Source: Promethearchaeota archaeon (GTDB taxonomy: Archaea > Asgardarchaeota > Lokiarchaeia > Sigyniarchaeales > SOKP01). From it: a DNA stretch of 40,493 bases. Position 1 is the stretch's first letter, and the number at the start of each line of letters is the position of its first letter. The notes under the pieces were generated by a model. The model searched no databases. It had not been told where the DNA came from and worked only from the letters and a program-made list of their open reading frames with translations. Of the stretch, positions 39,860 to 40,493 are shown piece after piece. Location of the stretch: positions 1 through 40,493 of the forward strand of contig SDNY01000018.1 in assembly GCA_004524535.1 (NCBI GenBank), in the 5' to 3' direction. Made by a program: the position numbers and the translations under genes.

Positions 39860-40102
39860 ATGAAACAAGTAAGTGAGCTTTTAGAGACAGGAATATACGA
39901 GACGTTTACCGCTGAAAAAACAATGACTGTTAAAGATCTTCTAAAAGAATTGAATTTAGAAGGAAAATACTTCGGGATCCTCATTAATGGGAAGAAGGCA
40001 ACCGAAGATCAAAAAATAACAGCGGAAGATGAAATCGTCATACTTCCTCACAGCTAATTTTACTTAAAAATTGGCGTGGAAATAGCGGGTGGCGATTTCT
40101 AG
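39860..40102 (+). CDS. ubiquitin-like MoaD/ThiS/SAMP protein, split: exon 1 39860-40051, exon 2 40082-40102 (70 aa spliced)
   Basis: TVKDLLKELNL...ILING.......I..EDEIVILPH beta-grasp pattern; the missing IAGG lies in frame 30 nt downstream. Confidence 0.85.
40052..40081 (+). other. candidate bulge-helix-bulge (tRNA-type) intron in mRNA
   Basis: 9-bp hairpin 40053-61/40067-75; bulges ACA 40050-52 and AAA 40080-82; central CCUC/GUGG; exon-exon stem 40031-41/40089-99; in-frame TAA inside. Confidence 0.75.
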
Positions 40103-40115
40103 AGAATAAAAATAA

Positions 40116-40124
40116 TTTTTTTTT
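40116..40124 (+). terminator. oligo-T terminator downstream of exon 2
   Basis: T9 run 13 nt after the TAG at 40102. Confidence 0.5.
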
Positions 40125-40308
40125 CTCTTATTTTTAATTTATAGAGTTTACGATATAATTTCAATTTTAATGTTATCCTTATTAGATCCTTAAGTAATAT
40201 TTTCTTCACTTTTAAATTAAAATTTAAGCTTTATTCTAGTTAAATTTATAATAAGCAAAGAATTCATTAAAAAATGAATTTAAATGATAAATGGAGCTTG
40301 AATAGATC

Positions 40309-40493
40309 ATGGAAATATTTAATGAAATGGAAGAAAGATTTGTTGAAATTAATGGAATAAAACTTCACACTGTTATAATTGGTTCAGGAGAACCTTTAAT
40401 GCTATTACATGGCTTTCCTGACTTTTGGTATGGATGGAGAGATATAATTCTCGGACTAAAGGACAAATATAGATTAATAGTTCCAGATATGCG
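40309..40493 (+). CDS. alpha/beta hydrolase (epoxide hydrolase-like), 5' part only
   Basis: MEIFNEMEERFVEINGIKLHTVIIGSGEPLMLLHGFPDFWYGWR...PDMR; HGFP motif; runs off the window end. Confidence 0.88.
   Translation, partial: MEIFNEMEERFVEINGIKLHTVIIGSGEPLMLLHGFPDFWYGWRDIILGLKDKYRLIVPDM

Noticed and set aside
40052-40081. TAA readthrough or simple nonsense pseudogene as the explanation for the split ubiquitin-like gene
   Set aside because: Readthrough would put 10 extra residues between LPH and IAGG, and neither idea explains the bulge-helix-bulge geometry. Disfavoured, not excluded.
40052-40081. Insert as a MITE or transposon footprint
   Set aside because: Only 30 nt, no clear target-site duplication, no transposase in the window
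1-40493. CRISPR arrays, tRNA/rRNA genes, IS elements
   Set aside because: No periodic repeats, GC-rich structural RNA or transposase ORFs seen by eye

Overview
AT-rich archaeal window. The gene content points to a Lokiarchaeia-type Asgard genome (inference): longin/roadblock proteins, Arf- and Rab-like small GTPases, archaeal AlaRS, DtdA, CdhE, EndoQ-like PHP protein and frequent TTG starts. About 30 CDS; no rRNA, tRNA, CRISPR or transposase seen. Main finding: the MoaD/ThiS/SAMP-type ubiquitin-like gene at 39860 is interrupted by a 30-nt, stop-containing hairpin (40052-40081). The hairpin folds with its flanks into a bulge-helix-bulge (BHB) motif, and canonical cleavage and ligation restore ...ILPH|IAGG-DF*. 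This is a candidate tRNA-type intron in an Asgard mRNA that controls production of the di-glycine tail. Other points: a single-chain fusion of a glycyl-radical activating enzyme and a glycyl-radical enzyme; a cluster of sulfatase, alkylsulfatase and two QueG/RdhA-like genes; two genes that appear to start at ATT, one an alpha-SNAP-like TPR protein; and a surface protein coupled to a uDENN/longin-like protein. All family calls come from motif recognition by eye; no searches were run.
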